Source of the DNA: Armatimonadota bacterium
Lineage (GTDB): Bacteria > Armatimonadota > Fimbriimonadia > Fimbriimonadales > GBS-DC
Length of the DNA stretch: 43,471 bases
Reading direction: 5' to 3'
NCBI GenBank assembly: GCA_037445735.1
Contig: JBBIJY010000023.1
Location: forward strand, 1-43,471
In this document: piece after piece, positions 19,761 through 29,541 of the stretch
Position numbering within the stretch: the first letter of the stretch is position 1
Layout: every line of letters starts with the position of its first letter
The notes under the pieces: generated by a model
The model's database searches: none
What the model was told of the DNA's origin: nothing
The model's input: only the letters and a program-made list of their open reading frames with translations
Made by a program: the position numbers and the translations under genes

Positions 19761-20024
19761 ATGCACCGTTTATTTTGGAAGTTGTTTGGTGGTATAAACA
19801 TTATATTTGGTTTTCTAATACTGTTGAGATTGATTTTGTTTTTTCTGTCTGTTTTGATTAGAAAAGTTCCTCTGTATTTATTTCTAAAGAGAAACATTAA
19901 ATTTATTGTGAGAGATATTTCTTATGCGTATCTGTGCTTATGGTCTGGTTTCTATCTTTTCAATAACGCTAATCAGATGGCGTCTCTATTTGGTAATTAT
20001 GTTTTTTTATTTTATTTGTATTAA
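19761..20024 (+). CDS. Small AT-rich membrane protein, candidate Rhs immunity protein
   Basis: GGAGG at 19748-19752, 2-3 hydrophobic segments, very low GC, directly downstream of the toxin tip. Confidence 0.6.
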   Translation: MHRLFWKLFGGINIIFGFLILLRLILFFLSVLIRKVPLYLFLKRNIKFIVRDISYAYLCLWSGFYLFNNANQMASLFGNYVFLFYLY

Positions 20025-20250
20025 TACTTTTGCATTGGTTAAAAACAACTGCAACGAAAAGGATACTGATGTGAAGTGCAACAGTGATTTTTACAAAATA
20101 TGACCCTCGAACGAACAAGGTAACAGTTATTGGTTGGGTGAAGCGACCACGATAGTCCGATGCCTTACCTGAGGCAGCGAACAGTGAGGTACACTATGCC
20201 TGATGGAGACCAACGAACTGCTAATCAGTTGTGCGATATCCAGCGGTTGC

Positions 20251-20403
20251 CTATCCAGCATAAAAAGCACCTGTAAAGCTGATGACGCTCATCGTTATCA
20301 TGAACCAGTTTGCAGATTCCCAGCTGCTCAGGAGCCAGTAAATGCCCGTGCCTGATAAAATCAGGGTTGCAATCCGATAGCGATACCGTTCCAACCTGGG
20401 CAT
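20251..20403 (-). CDS. Small membrane protein or truncated gene (50 aa), coupled to the vWA gene
   Basis: The ATG overlaps the upstream stop (TGATG) and GGAG precedes it. Sequence: MPRLERYRYRIATLILSGTGIYWLLSSWESANWFMITMSVISFTGAFYAG*. Confidence 0.45.
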   Translation of the reverse strand: MPRLERYRYRIATLILSGTGIYWLLSSWESANWFMITMSVISFTGAFYAG

Positions 20404-22238
20404 CATGATCTCCGAATGAACACCCACCATTCGATCATCAGCGTCAGCAGGGCGAGCAGGGCGAGGGGTCGCCAGAGTTCGCGCAGGGTGAAGATGCTCT
20501 GCCTGGCAGTTACGGTGCGCCCGCCCAGCTGCAGGCTGGTGCGCGGGGCAATACTCGACTCGTCGCTATCGAGCAGGTTCGCGGCGAACTTCAGCCGGGT
20601 GCGCTTGCCCGACACCTCGTAAAGCCCCACCCTGGGCGCGCCGGGCACGATCAGGCTGCCCTCGTTCACGCGCAGAGTCTGGGTTTGACCGTCGGGCATT
20701 TTGAGGGTGAGCTGCTGTTCGTCGGGCTGCGTGGTGAGGGTGAAGGGCGCGCCTGTGCGCACGGTGAAGCCCGCGCTGGAGACGCGCTCGCTGGTCGCCC
20801 AGCGCAGCACATTCGCGACAAAGATGGGGAAGCCGGGCTGGAGCGGGAAGTCCGATTCGAGCAGGTTCCAGCCGATGCCGAGCCATTTGCGCCCTGCATG
20901 TTCGCCTGCCACTATCAGCGGCGTCTGCTGGCTTTCGGCAAGCACTTTCGCCCATGGCGCAGGTTGAAGGCGCGGCGCATTATCGATCAGCAGGTTGCTC
21001 AGCTCCACATAGCGCAGGATGGGGTGGTCGCGCTCCCATGTGGCGACGCGTGGCTGCTTGATGGTGCCGCTCAGCTCCGCAATCGCGCCGCCGCGCGTGC
21101 GGATGGTCATCACCGCGCGCGCTTTGACAGGCACAACGGGCGTGCCATCGAAGATAACCAGGTCATACGCGCTGCCGCCCACGCTGTTGCCCCGCTCGGC
21201 ATCGGGCACGGTGGGCGACTTGTCTAACTGCACGCTGGGTTCCAGCGCGAGCGCGCGCTCCAGGAAGAAATTGCCCTCACCCACCAGCAGCACGCGGATG
21301 GTGCGCTCGGTGCTGCCCATCAGGTAGGCGCGATTATCGGCGGGCAGGGCGTCGTTGATTTGCAGGCGGGCTTCCAGCGGCTCGCGGGCGCGTTGTAAGG
21401 TGAGCGTCTGACCCACTGCCTGCTTCGCAGGGACGGTAATCTCGCGGGCGTCGACCAGCTCGCCGCCCGAATAGAACTCCAGCACGCCTCTGGCGGGCTT
21501 CTCACCGTAGTTGCGCAGCCCCACAAACCACTCGATACCGCCCGAACGCTCCTGCACATCCATCGCGGTGATGGCGACATTCTCGCTGTTTTTGCCGAAC
21601 GATTCGTAGACCAGCTGCGCCTTGCCGGGCGAGAAGTCGGTGATTTCGGGGAAGGCGCCGTCGGAGAGCAGCACGATTCGGCTGCCTGCGCGGTTGCCCA
21701 CCAGCGCGGCGGCTAATCGCAGCGCCTCGTCGAGGTTGCCGCGCGCGTCGCTCAGTTGCAGGCTGCTAACGGCATCCATCAGCCTGCGCTGGTCAGCGGT
21801 AAGCGAGGCGACCACGCGCACATTTGGACCCGCCTCGATAATCGCGAGCTGTTCCGACGCGCTCATTTCGCGGATGAGCGTGCGCACGCGGTTGCGGGCG
21901 GCTTCGAAGCGGGAGGGCGCCACATCGGTCGCGCCCATGCTGGCGGAGGCGTCCACGACCACCACCGTCTGGCGTCCCAGCGCGCCGCGCGTTTGAATCG
22001 CGGGGCGTGCCAGCGCCAGAATCAGCAACAGCGCGATTAGCAGCTGCAGAAACAGCAGCAGGTTCGGGCGCAACCGCTGGAACAGCGTGTTCGCGCGCAC
22101 ATCGGTGGTGATGGGCGGCCAGAGGAAGCGAGCGGGCACGCGCACCTCCCGCCGCCGTATCTTCAGCAGATACAGCAGGATAATCAGCCCCGCTACCGGC
22201 AGAAACCAGAACAGCGCACTTAACGACTGGAACAGCAC
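20403..22238 (-). CDS. BatA N-terminal + von Willebrand A domain membrane protein
   Basis: IILLYLLKIRRREVRVP, LLLFLQLL..LALARP, VVVDASASM MIDAS motif, LLSDG and C-terminal TM EWWVFIRR. TAGAAT lies 6 nt upstream of the GTG. Confidence 0.88.
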   Translation of the reverse strand: MLFQSLSALFWFLPVAGLIILLYLLKIRRREVRVPARFLWPPITTDVRANTLFQRLRPNLLLFLQLLIALLLILALARPAIQTRGALGRQTVVVVDASASMGATDVAPSRFEAARNRVRTLIREMSASEQLAIIEAGPNVRVVASLTADQRRLMDAVSSLQLSDARGNLDEALRLAAALVGNRAGSRIVLLSDGAFPEITDFSPGKAQLVYESFGKNSENVAITAMDVQERSGGIEWFVGLRNYGEKPARGVLEFYSGGELVDAREITVPAKQAVGQTLTLQRAREPLEARLQINDALPADNRAYLMGSTERTIRVLLVGEGNFFLERALALEPSVQLDKSPTVPDAERGNSVGGSAYDLVIFDGTPVVPVKARAVMTIRTRGGAIAELSGTIKQPRVATWERDHPILRYVELSNLLIDNAPRLQPAPWAKVLAESQQTPLIVAGEHAGRKWLGIGWNLLESDFPLQPGFPIFVANVLRWATSERVSSAGFTVRTGAPFTLTTQPDEQQLTLKMPDGQTQTLRVNEGSLIVPGAPRVGLYEVSGKRTRLKFAANLLDSDESSIAPRTSLQLGGRTVTARQSIFTLRELWRPLALLALLTLMIEWWVFIRRS

Positions 22239-22286
22239 AGGAAGATTCTACCCGCTGCGCGTATAATAAAAACGGGTGAGAACAGC

Positions 22287-23999
22287 GTGAATGCGCTCTG
22301 GGTTGTGCTGGGTTCGGCGGTGCTGTTGCTGCTGGCGTACCGCACCTATGGGCGGTTTCTGGCGCGGCGCGTGTTTCAGCTGGACGATTCGCAGCCGACG
22401 CCTGCCCATACGCAGCGGGACGATATCGACTATGTGCCGACGCCGCCACTGGTGCTGTTCGGGCATCACTTCGCCTCCATTGCGGGGCTGGGACCGCTGC
22501 TGGGGCCCGCCATCGCGGTCATCTGGGGGTGGGTGCCCGCGCTGGTGTGGATTGTGCTGGGCAGCATCTTAATCGGTGCAGTGCATGATCTGGGCTGCCT
22601 GTACAGCTCGATTCGCAATCGGGGTCGTACCGTTGCCGATATTGCGCATGATGTGGCGGGTGCGCGGGCGCGGGTGCTGTTCCTGCTGTTTGGCATTTTC
22701 GCGATCGGGCTGGCGATGGGCGTGTTTGTGATTAATATCGCGAATCTGTTTGCGCCGGGGGCAGGCGGAGCGGAGGGCGGGCATGTGCCCGAGGCGGTGC
22801 TGCCCAGTGTCGCACTGATTGGGCTGGCGGTGATTGTGGGGCTGCTTTTCTATCGGTTCCGCATGCGCCTGAGCTGGGTCACGCTGGTGGCGGTGCTGGT
22901 CAGTCTGGTGTTCGTGTGGCTGGGCGTGCGGTTGCCCATCACGGCGGTTGGCGGGTTTGAGCTTACTGCTGAACGATGGTCTGTTATTTTGCTGATTTAT
23001 GCGTTTCTGGCGTCGGTGTTGCCTGTGTGGTTGCTGTTGCAGCCACGCGACTATTTGAACTCGTTCCAGCTCTTTCTGGGGATGGGGTTGATGCTGCTGG
23101 GCGTGCTGATAGGGCGTCCGGCGATTACGGCGCCGGCGGTGAGCTTTGAGGCGCAGAATCTGCAGCCGCTGTTCCCGTTGCTGTTCATCACGGTGGCATG
23201 TGGGGCGGTGTCGGGCTTCCATTCGCTGGTCGCATCGGGCACGACCTCGCGCCAGCTGGATCGCGCCTCGCACGCATTGCCGATTGGCTATGGCGCGATG
23301 CTGACCGAGGGCTTGCTGGCGGTGCTGGCACTGATGGCGGTGGCGGCGGGGCTGGGCAGTGAATGGGGCGCCCGCTACAGCGACTGGCTCGCCGCTGGCA
23401 AGCAGTCGCTGGCGAACTTCGTGCATGGCGCAGGAACGATTGTGAGCTATGCGGGTATCCCGCTGGATGTGGCGAAGGTGTTCGTCGCGACGGTCGCGAT
23501 TGGCTTCGCGCTGACCACGCTGGACACGGGCGCACGGCTCATCCGCTACAACATTCAGGAGCTGGGTCAGGCACTACGCCTGCCAATCCTGAACAATGCG
23601 TATCTGGCGACGGCGGGCGCGATCGGGCTAATTGGCTTCTTCGCACTGATGCGGGCGCCCGACCCTGCCACCGGGCAGTTGCAGTCGGTCGGCACGATCC
23701 TGTGGCAGCTGTTCGGCACATCGAACCAGTTGCTGGCGGCGCTGGCGCTGCTGGTGGTCTCGCTCTATTTGCGGGCGCTGGGGCGCCCGACACTCTATAC
23801 GCTGATTCCGATGGTCTTTATGCTCATGGTGACCCTTTCGGCGCTGGTGCTGGGCATGCAGGGCTTCTGGGCGCAGGGCAACTGGCTCCTGTTCGGGTTC
23901 AGCGGGCTGATTCTGTTGCTGGCGTTGTGGCTGGTGGGTGAGGCGATTGTTGCGTGGCAGCGCGGCGCCGTTGCCGCCCATCTGCAAAGCCCCGACTAA
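22287..23999 (+). CDS. cstA: Carbon starvation protein A (peptide/pyruvate transporter family)
   Basis: TPAH..RDDIDYVPT, FGHHFASIAGLGP, ITVACGAVSGFHSL, YGAMLTEG and FGTSNQLLA. Confidence 0.93.
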   Translation: MNALWVVLGSAVLLLLAYRTYGRFLARRVFQLDDSQPTPAHTQRDDIDYVPTPPLVLFGHHFASIAGLGPLLGPAIAVIWGWVPALVWIVLGSILIGAVHDLGCLYSSIRNRGRTVADIAHDVAGARARVLFLLFGIFAIGLAMGVFVINIANLFAPGAGGAEGGHVPEAVLPSVALIGLAVIVGLLFYRFRMRLSWVTLVAVLVSLVFVWLGVRLPITAVGGFELTAERWSVILLIYAFLASVLPVWLLLQPRDYLNSFQLFLGMGLMLLGVLIGRPAITAPAVSFEAQNLQPLFPLLFITVACGAVSGFHSLVASGTTSRQLDRASHALPIGYGAMLTEGLLAVLALMAVAAGLGSEWGARYSDWLAAGKQSLANFVHGAGTIVSYAGIPLDVAKVFVATVAIGFALTTLDTGARLIRYNIQELGQALRLPILNNAYLATAGAIGLIGFFALMRAPDPATGQLQSVGTILWQLFGTSNQLLAALALLVVSLYLRALGRPTLYTLIPMVFMLMVTLSALVLGMQGFWAQGNWLLFGFSGLILLLALWLVGEAIVAWQRGAVAAHLQSPD

Positions 24000-25381
24000 C
24001 CCGGCACCACTGTGCGCTCCAGGGTCACAAAGCGCGACAGGCTCGGCTGGAAACCGAGATGAAAGCGGGTGGTGGGTCCGTTGCGCTGTTTGGCGATGAT
24101 AATCTCCACCTCTTCGGTCGGAATGACCCCTGGCGTGCGCGGCTCGCTTTCGTACGGGTCGCCCGATTCGGTCTGCTGGCGGTTGGGACGATAAATGAAC
24201 AGCACCACATCGGCTTCGGCTTCGATGGAGCCGCTGTCGCGCAAATCGGAAAGAATCGGGCGCTTCTCCTCGCGTCGTTCGACTGCGCGGGAGAGTTGCG
24301 ATAGCACCAGCACGGGCACCTCAAACTCGCGCGCCAGCGCCTTCAGCCCACGAGCGATCTCCCCGATCTCCTGATTGCGATTCTCGGCGCGGCGACTGTG
24401 CGAGCGCATCAGTTGCAGATAGTCGATGATGATCAGTGCGAGGTCGTTGCGCTCGGCTTTGAGGCGGCGGCACTTGGCACGCATCTCCAGCACAGAAAGC
24501 CCGCTGGTGTCGTCGATGTAGATGGGTGCGCGGAAGAGTCGTTCAGCGGCAATCTGCAGGCGTTCCCAGTCCTCGCTGGAGAGCGTGCCATGGCGAATGA
24601 GATTGCCGCTCACACCCGATTGGGAGCAGAGCATGCGCTGAACCAGCTGCTCGCGCGACATCTCCAGGCTGAAGATAGCCACGGGTCGGTTCTCGCGCAG
24701 GGCGATGTTCTCGGCGATGTTGAGCGCGAGCGCGGTTTTGCCCACGCCGGGGCGCGCCGCCAGAATAATCAGCTCTGACGGTTGCAGCCCCGATGTCCAG
24801 TAATCGAGCAGGGGGAAGTGGGTCGGCACGCCCAGAATGCCGCGCCCCGACAGCTGCACCTGCTCGATATGCTCCATCGCCTGCAGGAGCAGGCGGTCAA
24901 TCGCGGTGAAGTAGCGTCCGATACGGCGCTGGGCAACGCTGAAGATTGCCTGCTCGGCACGGTCGATAATCTCCTGCAGTTCGAGGTCGGGGTCATCGGT
25001 TAACTGGAGGATGTCGTGCGCGGCGCGAATGAGCCGCCGCAGGATCGCTTTCTCCTCCACGATGCGAGCGTAGTACTCGGCGTTGGAGGCGGTGGGCACG
25101 CTTTCGACAATCTGGATCAGCGCGGGTAGCCCACCCACCTCCTCCAGCTGGTCGCGCCGCCTCAGCTCCTCCTGAACCGTGAGCAAATCCACCGGGATGT
25201 GGCGCTCCGCCAGCGAGAGGATGACCTCATACAGGATGCGGTGCGCCTCCCGATAGAAGTCTTCGGGCTTGAGAATCTCGGCGACCTTTTCGATGGCGTG
25301 CGCATCGAGCATCATCGAGCCGAGCGTGCTCATCTCGGCTTCGATGCTGTGCGGTGGCACATGAGCGGTGCGCGTGTTCAC
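23996..25381 (-). CDS. dnaB: Replicative DNA helicase
   Basis: PPHSIEAE, AARPGVGKT, FSLEMS, IIDYLQLM, LSQLSR, DLRDSGSIE and KQRNGPT. No intein. Confidence 0.97.
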   Translation of the reverse strand: MNTRTAHVPPHSIEAEMSTLGSMMLDAHAIEKVAEILKPEDFYREAHRILYEVILSLAERHIPVDLLTVQEELRRRDQLEEVGGLPALIQIVESVPTASNAEYYARIVEEKAILRRLIRAAHDILQLTDDPDLELQEIIDRAEQAIFSVAQRRIGRYFTAIDRLLLQAMEHIEQVQLSGRGILGVPTHFPLLDYWTSGLQPSELIILAARPGVGKTALALNIAENIALRENRPVAIFSLEMSREQLVQRMLCSQSGVSGNLIRHGTLSSEDWERLQIAAERLFRAPIYIDDTSGLSVLEMRAKCRRLKAERNDLALIIIDYLQLMRSHSRRAENRNQEIGEIARGLKALAREFEVPVLVLSQLSRAVERREEKRPILSDLRDSGSIEAEADVVLFIYRPNRQQTESGDPYESEPRTPGVIPTEEVEIIIAKQRNGPTTRFHLGFQPSLSRFVTLERTVVPG

Positions 25382-26103
25382 AGTCCGCCGTTCGAGCCTC
25401 CTCCTGTGTTCGGTGGGTTCTGGGGATTGTCTTTCTTCCCGTCCTTCTTGTCGCCCGGTGTACCCTCTTTCTTTTCGTCCTTCGCTTTGTCTTTCTTCAT
25501 GGCTTTATCCCACTGGGCGCGCTGTTCAGGCGTGAGGATGGAGCGGATCTCGTCCAGCATCTGCTGGTTCAGCTCCTGCAGGCGGCGCTGGCGGGTCTGG
25601 GCGTCGAGCGAGCTGTCCTGCTGAACCTTGTCGCGCAACGCTTTGTAGCGCTGGGTGATTTCGCGGATTTTGTTGATCTGTTCGGGGGTGAAGCGGGGCA
25701 TGCTGGCAGGCGTGGTTGGACCCGTGTCCGTCTGCAGCAGCTCTTCGAACTTTTTGAGCTGTTCCTCGTTCAGCACGGAGCGCACGAGACGGATATACTC
25801 CTCGCGGCTCTGGCGGAACCGCATGATGCGCTGCTCCTGTGTGAGCGAGGTGTCGCGCTTGATGGCTTCATCGCGGTCGCGATATTGCCGCCACAGCCCG
25901 TCGATACGGGCACGCTGTTCCTCCGTCAGCTTGAGTGCCTGGGCGAGATAGCCTGGCTCCAGCACATTCGGACGCGGTTGCTGAACCTGCGTCTGCCCTT
26001 CAGGCTTGACCTCGGGACCCTTGCCACCCTGAGTGTCCTGAGCGTAACTCAGGGATAAGCTCGCAATCGTTGCTATAGCGAGTGTAATCCACCAGTATCT
26101 CAT
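25378..26103 (-). CDS. Secreted helical protein with Spy/CpxP-like LTxEQ repeats
   Basis: Signal peptide MRYWWITLAIATIASLSLSYA; LTEEQ, LTQEQ, LNEEQ, FTPEQ and LTPEQ repeats; AGGAGGAGG upstream of ATG 26103. Confidence 0.75.
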   Translation of the reverse strand: MRYWWITLAIATIASLSLSYAQDTQGGKGPEVKPEGQTQVQQPRPNVLEPGYLAQALKLTEEQRARIDGLWRQYRDRDEAIKRDTSLTQEQRIMRFRQSREEYIRLVRSVLNEEQLKKFEELLQTDTGPTTPASMPRFTPEQINKIREITQRYKALRDKVQQDSSLDAQTRQRRLQELNQQMLDEIRSILTPEQRAQWDKAMKKDKAKDEKKEGTPGDKKDGKKDNPQNPPNTGGGSNGGL

Positions 26104-26266
26104 TGTTGACCTCCTCCTGATCAGTGTGCCGTCGGGCATGTGTGCTGCGCGTTCGACGGCTATCGATAGTATACCACGATTCGGCGGCGAGTCGATAGGG
26201 GGCGCGAAAGTGCGTGAGAAAACACGCGCATCTGCCGATAATCGAATCGGTGCTGTTGTGGAACCG

Positions 26267-28063
26267 ATGAGTGCAGTGGAATGGCGCTGGGCGCGGATCG
26301 GGGTCTGCCCGATGAGCGCGAAGGGCAAAATGGGCGCGGGTTCCATCCCCGTCGTGCCGAACCCTTTCGAACGGCTCACCTGCGAACTGGTCGCTTACTG
26401 CGGCTTGTTGGTCGAGTGGCTAACACCTTCCGAGCTGGCTTCGAAGGTCGATTCGCTGGATGTGCTGATCACGATTGGCGATAGGGCGCTGAGTGAGGAG
26501 GAGGGAGCTTCGCTGCGCGCGTTTGTGCAGGGGGGTGGCGTGTGGATCGCGCTGGGCGGCGTCTGTGCCCTGCCAGAGCTATTTGGCGTGCGCCCGTTGA
26601 GCCATTCCGGGAACCTGCCTGTGCTGCTCGGTGAGGGCTATGCGGTCGCCACTGGCAGCAATCCGCTCCTGCTGGAAGAGTGGGGCATGCTGCACGCCTT
26701 TGGCGGGATTGGTGTGGAGATAGAGGGTGCAACCGTGTGGGCGCGCTGGCTCGATGCCCACGCTCGTGAAACGGACTATCCCGCACTGCTTCATCACCGC
26801 TGTGGGGAAGGGCACACCGTCCTGTTCGCGGTTCACCCTGGCGAGAGCATCGCGCGCATTCGGCAGGGGCGATGCGTGGTGGAAGCTGCGATACCGCCGC
26901 CCGATATGCCACGCGAACCGCATCACTCCACGCTGCACATGGACGACGCCATCCGCCTCGACTGGTATTTTGATCGGGAGCCGTGCGAGGGCGAGTGGTG
27001 CTTCATGAAACCTGTGGCGGACCTCTGGCAGGAGAGCCTGATTCGGGCGGTGCTGTGGGCAGGTCAGCAGCGGGGTGTGATTGTGCCGATGCTCTGGTTC
27101 TACCCGTCGCATCGGCCAGGGGTAGCGGTTCTGGGCATCGATGGCGAGCCGGCGACGGCGCAGCAGGAGTTGACCCTCCAGCGTGTGCTGACGCTGGTGG
27201 GGCTGCGCGCGGTGTGGTGCCTCAGCGAAGCCACGCACGGTCCCGCCTTCTATCGCGAGTTAGCCAAGCGGGGGCACGAGATAGGCGTGCGCTATGTGCC
27301 AGAAGCGGGCGCCTTCTGCCGGGCGACCACCCTGCAGAATCAGGTAGACAGTTTGCGCCGGTTCAGCGGCGTGCGGGCGATCACGGCATTACAGGTCGCC
27401 GATCTGCACTGGCGCGGCGGCGCCGAGTTCTATGCGTATATGGAGCAGGCGCAGATTTTGAGCGATCTCAGTCGGGGCGGTTCGTCGGCGGGCGCGGCGG
27501 GGTTCGCCTTCGGCAGTGCCCACCCGTGGCGACCGCTCCATAGCAGCCGTCCCGGCGAGCTGTATGCTGTGCAGATTGTGCCGCTGCTGGGTTATCAGGT
27601 GATGGACCGGATCAGCCCGGCGCAGATGCAGGCGATTTTGCGGAGGGCGCGAGCGGTGAATGGCGTGTGCCATTTCACCGTGCGTCCGAATGTGGTGGAG
27701 AGCGAGGCGCGGGCAGATGCGTTCGTGCGCCTGATTGCGGCGGTTCGCGCGGAGGGCTACGAATGGATGACGGCGGCGGAGCTGGCGCGCTGGCACGCGG
27801 CGCGAACAGCAATCCGCCATCGGTTGACAGGCATAGTGGGTCAGTTGCGCCTTGCCCTGCTCGCGCCCGCCGCGCTCAATCGGCTCACTGTGCTGCTGTT
27901 CACACCGTTGCAAGGCTGGGCACGCTCCGGCAGCGGCGAGATTCCCGTCAAACCCCTCGAACAATTCGGCTACCCCTGCCTCATGCTGGAGACCGATCTG
28001 GTGGAAAAAAGCGTGCGTGAGATCGATCTCTTTGCCACCCATCCCGCTTCTGCTGCCAGCTGA
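26267..28063 (+). CDS. Hypothetical protein with a GATase/trimerisation-like N-terminus and a polysaccharide-deacetylase-like barrel
   Basis: LRAFVQGGGVWI, LWFYP....VAVLGIDG, RGHEIG and GFAFGSAHPW resemble NodB-like folds. The start is uncertain. Confidence 0.55.
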   Translation: MSAVEWRWARIGVCPMSAKGKMGAGSIPVVPNPFERLTCELVAYCGLLVEWLTPSELASKVDSLDVLITIGDRALSEEEGASLRAFVQGGGVWIALGGVCALPELFGVRPLSHSGNLPVLLGEGYAVATGSNPLLLEEWGMLHAFGGIGVEIEGATVWARWLDAHARETDYPALLHHRCGEGHTVLFAVHPGESIARIRQGRCVVEAAIPPPDMPREPHHSTLHMDDAIRLDWYFDREPCEGEWCFMKPVADLWQESLIRAVLWAGQQRGVIVPMLWFYPSHRPGVAVLGIDGEPATAQQELTLQRVLTLVGLRAVWCLSEATHGPAFYRELAKRGHEIGVRYVPEAGAFCRATTLQNQVDSLRRFSGVRAITALQVADLHWRGGAEFYAYMEQAQILSDLSRGGSSAGAAGFAFGSAHPWRPLHSSRPGELYAVQIVPLLGYQVMDRISPAQMQAILRRARAVNGVCHFTVRPNVVESEARADAFVRLIAAVRAEGYEWMTAAELARWHAARTAIRHRLTGIVGQLRLALLAPAALNRLTVLLFTPLQGWARSGSGEIPVKPLEQFGYPCLMLETDLVEKSVREIDLFATHPASAAS

Positions 28064-28103
28064 TCTAATCTTCCTCACCCTCGATAGGGTATACTTGAGT
28101 TGG

Positions 28104-28973
28104 ATGGGACAGACCAGTTCGGCGTTAGTAGGCGCATCGCGCGAACGCCTATCGATCATTACCTCGTCTGCGGCGGCGGTCGCTGGCTCGCGTCTGCTGT
28201 GTCAGACGGAGCAGTTCCTCATTTTTGAGCGGCGATTCTATTCAGATGCTCCGCTGCAGGCGCAGGAGTTCGAGCCGTGTGAGGGCTGGTGCGAGTTTGT
28301 AATCAGCCTGCGTCCGCCCGACCCGCAACAGCTGACCTGTCCGCGCACGCTGAACTCGCCCGTGCGCTACCTGCACCATCATCTGGTGGTGCGCGTGGAG
28401 CCGGGCTATCTGCGGGGTCTGCTGGCGCCGGAGGCGGAGCGCGTGCTGGATGAGCTGATGCCGTTTGTGCGTGGCGCAGCGCCTTTCCCCGAGCTGTATC
28501 TGATGGCGGGCAATCCGCTGGTGGCGGGCGTGATCGATTCGCTGCTGCGTCCGCCGCCGGTGGGCAGCCTGCGCCTGTTTTATGAGGCGAAGTTGCGCGA
28601 GCTGCTGGCGTTCCTGTGCTTTCGCGAGCCGGAGGTGGTGGTCGCGCCCGATGAGACGCGCCTGCAAGACGCGCTCGCGTATCTGGAGGCGCACCTGAGT
28701 GAACCCGATGTGCTGCAGAAGCTGACGCGCCAGATGGGTGTCAGCTCGCGCCAGTGCCAGCGGCTGTTCCGTGTGGCGATGGGGCGCTCGCCATCGGAAT
28801 GCCTCACCGAGCTGCGCCTGCGTCGCGCCGCGATGCTGCTGCTCACCACGCGCCTCTCTATCTCCGAAATCGCGCTGGAGGTCGGCTATCTCAGCCTGAG
28901 CCACTTCTCGCGCGTGTTCAGCGGGCGGTTCGGCATGACACCCCGCGCCTTCCGCAGACAGCATAGCAAGTAA
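28104..28973 (+). CDS. AraC-family transcriptional regulator
   Basis: C-terminal LRLRRAAMLL...SISEIALEVGYLSLSHFSRVF...FGMTPRAFR. The ATG at 28104 is 8 nt after TATACT. Confidence 0.88.
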   Translation: MGQTSSALVGASRERLSIITSSAAAVAGSRLLCQTEQFLIFERRFYSDAPLQAQEFEPCEGWCEFVISLRPPDPQQLTCPRTLNSPVRYLHHHLVVRVEPGYLRGLLAPEAERVLDELMPFVRGAAPFPELYLMAGNPLVAGVIDSLLRPPPVGSLRLFYEAKLRELLAFLCFREPEVVVAPDETRLQDALAYLEAHLSEPDVLQKLTRQMGVSSRQCQRLFRVAMGRSPSECLTELRLRRAAMLLLTTRLSISEIALEVGYLSLSHFSRVFSGRFGMTPRAFRRQHSK

Positions 28974-29004
28974 GTGGGTATCCTATACCATAAGGAGGAA
29001 AACC

Positions 29005-29541
29005 ATGCGATACAAGGGGTTCATAGCAGCTGTGGCAGGCGTTCTCTGTATGGTGGGCGCGATTGCCCGACTGGACGAGGGGCTGAAACCGGGCGAACCC
29101 GCGCCGAACTTCACGCTGGAGAGCCTGGACGGCAAGAGCATCAAGCTCAGCGAGCTGAAAGGCAAGCCTGTTTTCCTGGACTTCTGGGCGACATGGTGTG
29201 GTCCGTGCCGCCGCGCACTGCCTCACACACAGGCGTTCTCCGAGAAATACAAAGATAAAGCGCACATCTTTGCGGTGAATGTCCGTGAGCAGAAGGAGAC
29301 CGTGCAGGCGTTCATGGAACGCAACAAATACACCTTCCCTGTGCTGATGGACACCGATGGCGCCGTTGCCAGCGCTTATGGCGTCAGGGGCATCCCGCAC
29401 TTTGTGCTGATCGACGCGAAAGGCAATGTGCAGTTGATCAAGGTCGGCTACGGAGCGGGCGTGGAGAAGGAGCTGGAGAGCGTGCTGCAGCGCGCCATCG
29501 CGCTGGCGGAAAAGGAATCGCGCACGGCGTCGGGTGAGTGA
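29005..29541 (+). CDS. TlpA/ResA-like thioredoxin (exported)
   Basis: APNFTL, LDFWATWCGPC and YGVRGIP; N-terminal signal/TM; AGGAGG SD. Confidence 0.92.
   Translation: MRYKGFIAAVAGVLCMVGAIARLDEGLKPGEPAPNFTLESLDGKSIKLSELKGKPVFLDFWATWCGPCRRALPHTQAFSEKYKDKAHIFAVNVREQKETVQAFMERNKYTFPVLMDTDGAVASAYGVRGIPHFVLIDAKGNVQLIKVGYGAGVEKELESVLQRAIALAEKESRTASGE

Noticed and set aside
23996..25381. Intein in dnaB
   Set aside because: The length (461 aa) and motif spacing are normal, with no intein blocks.
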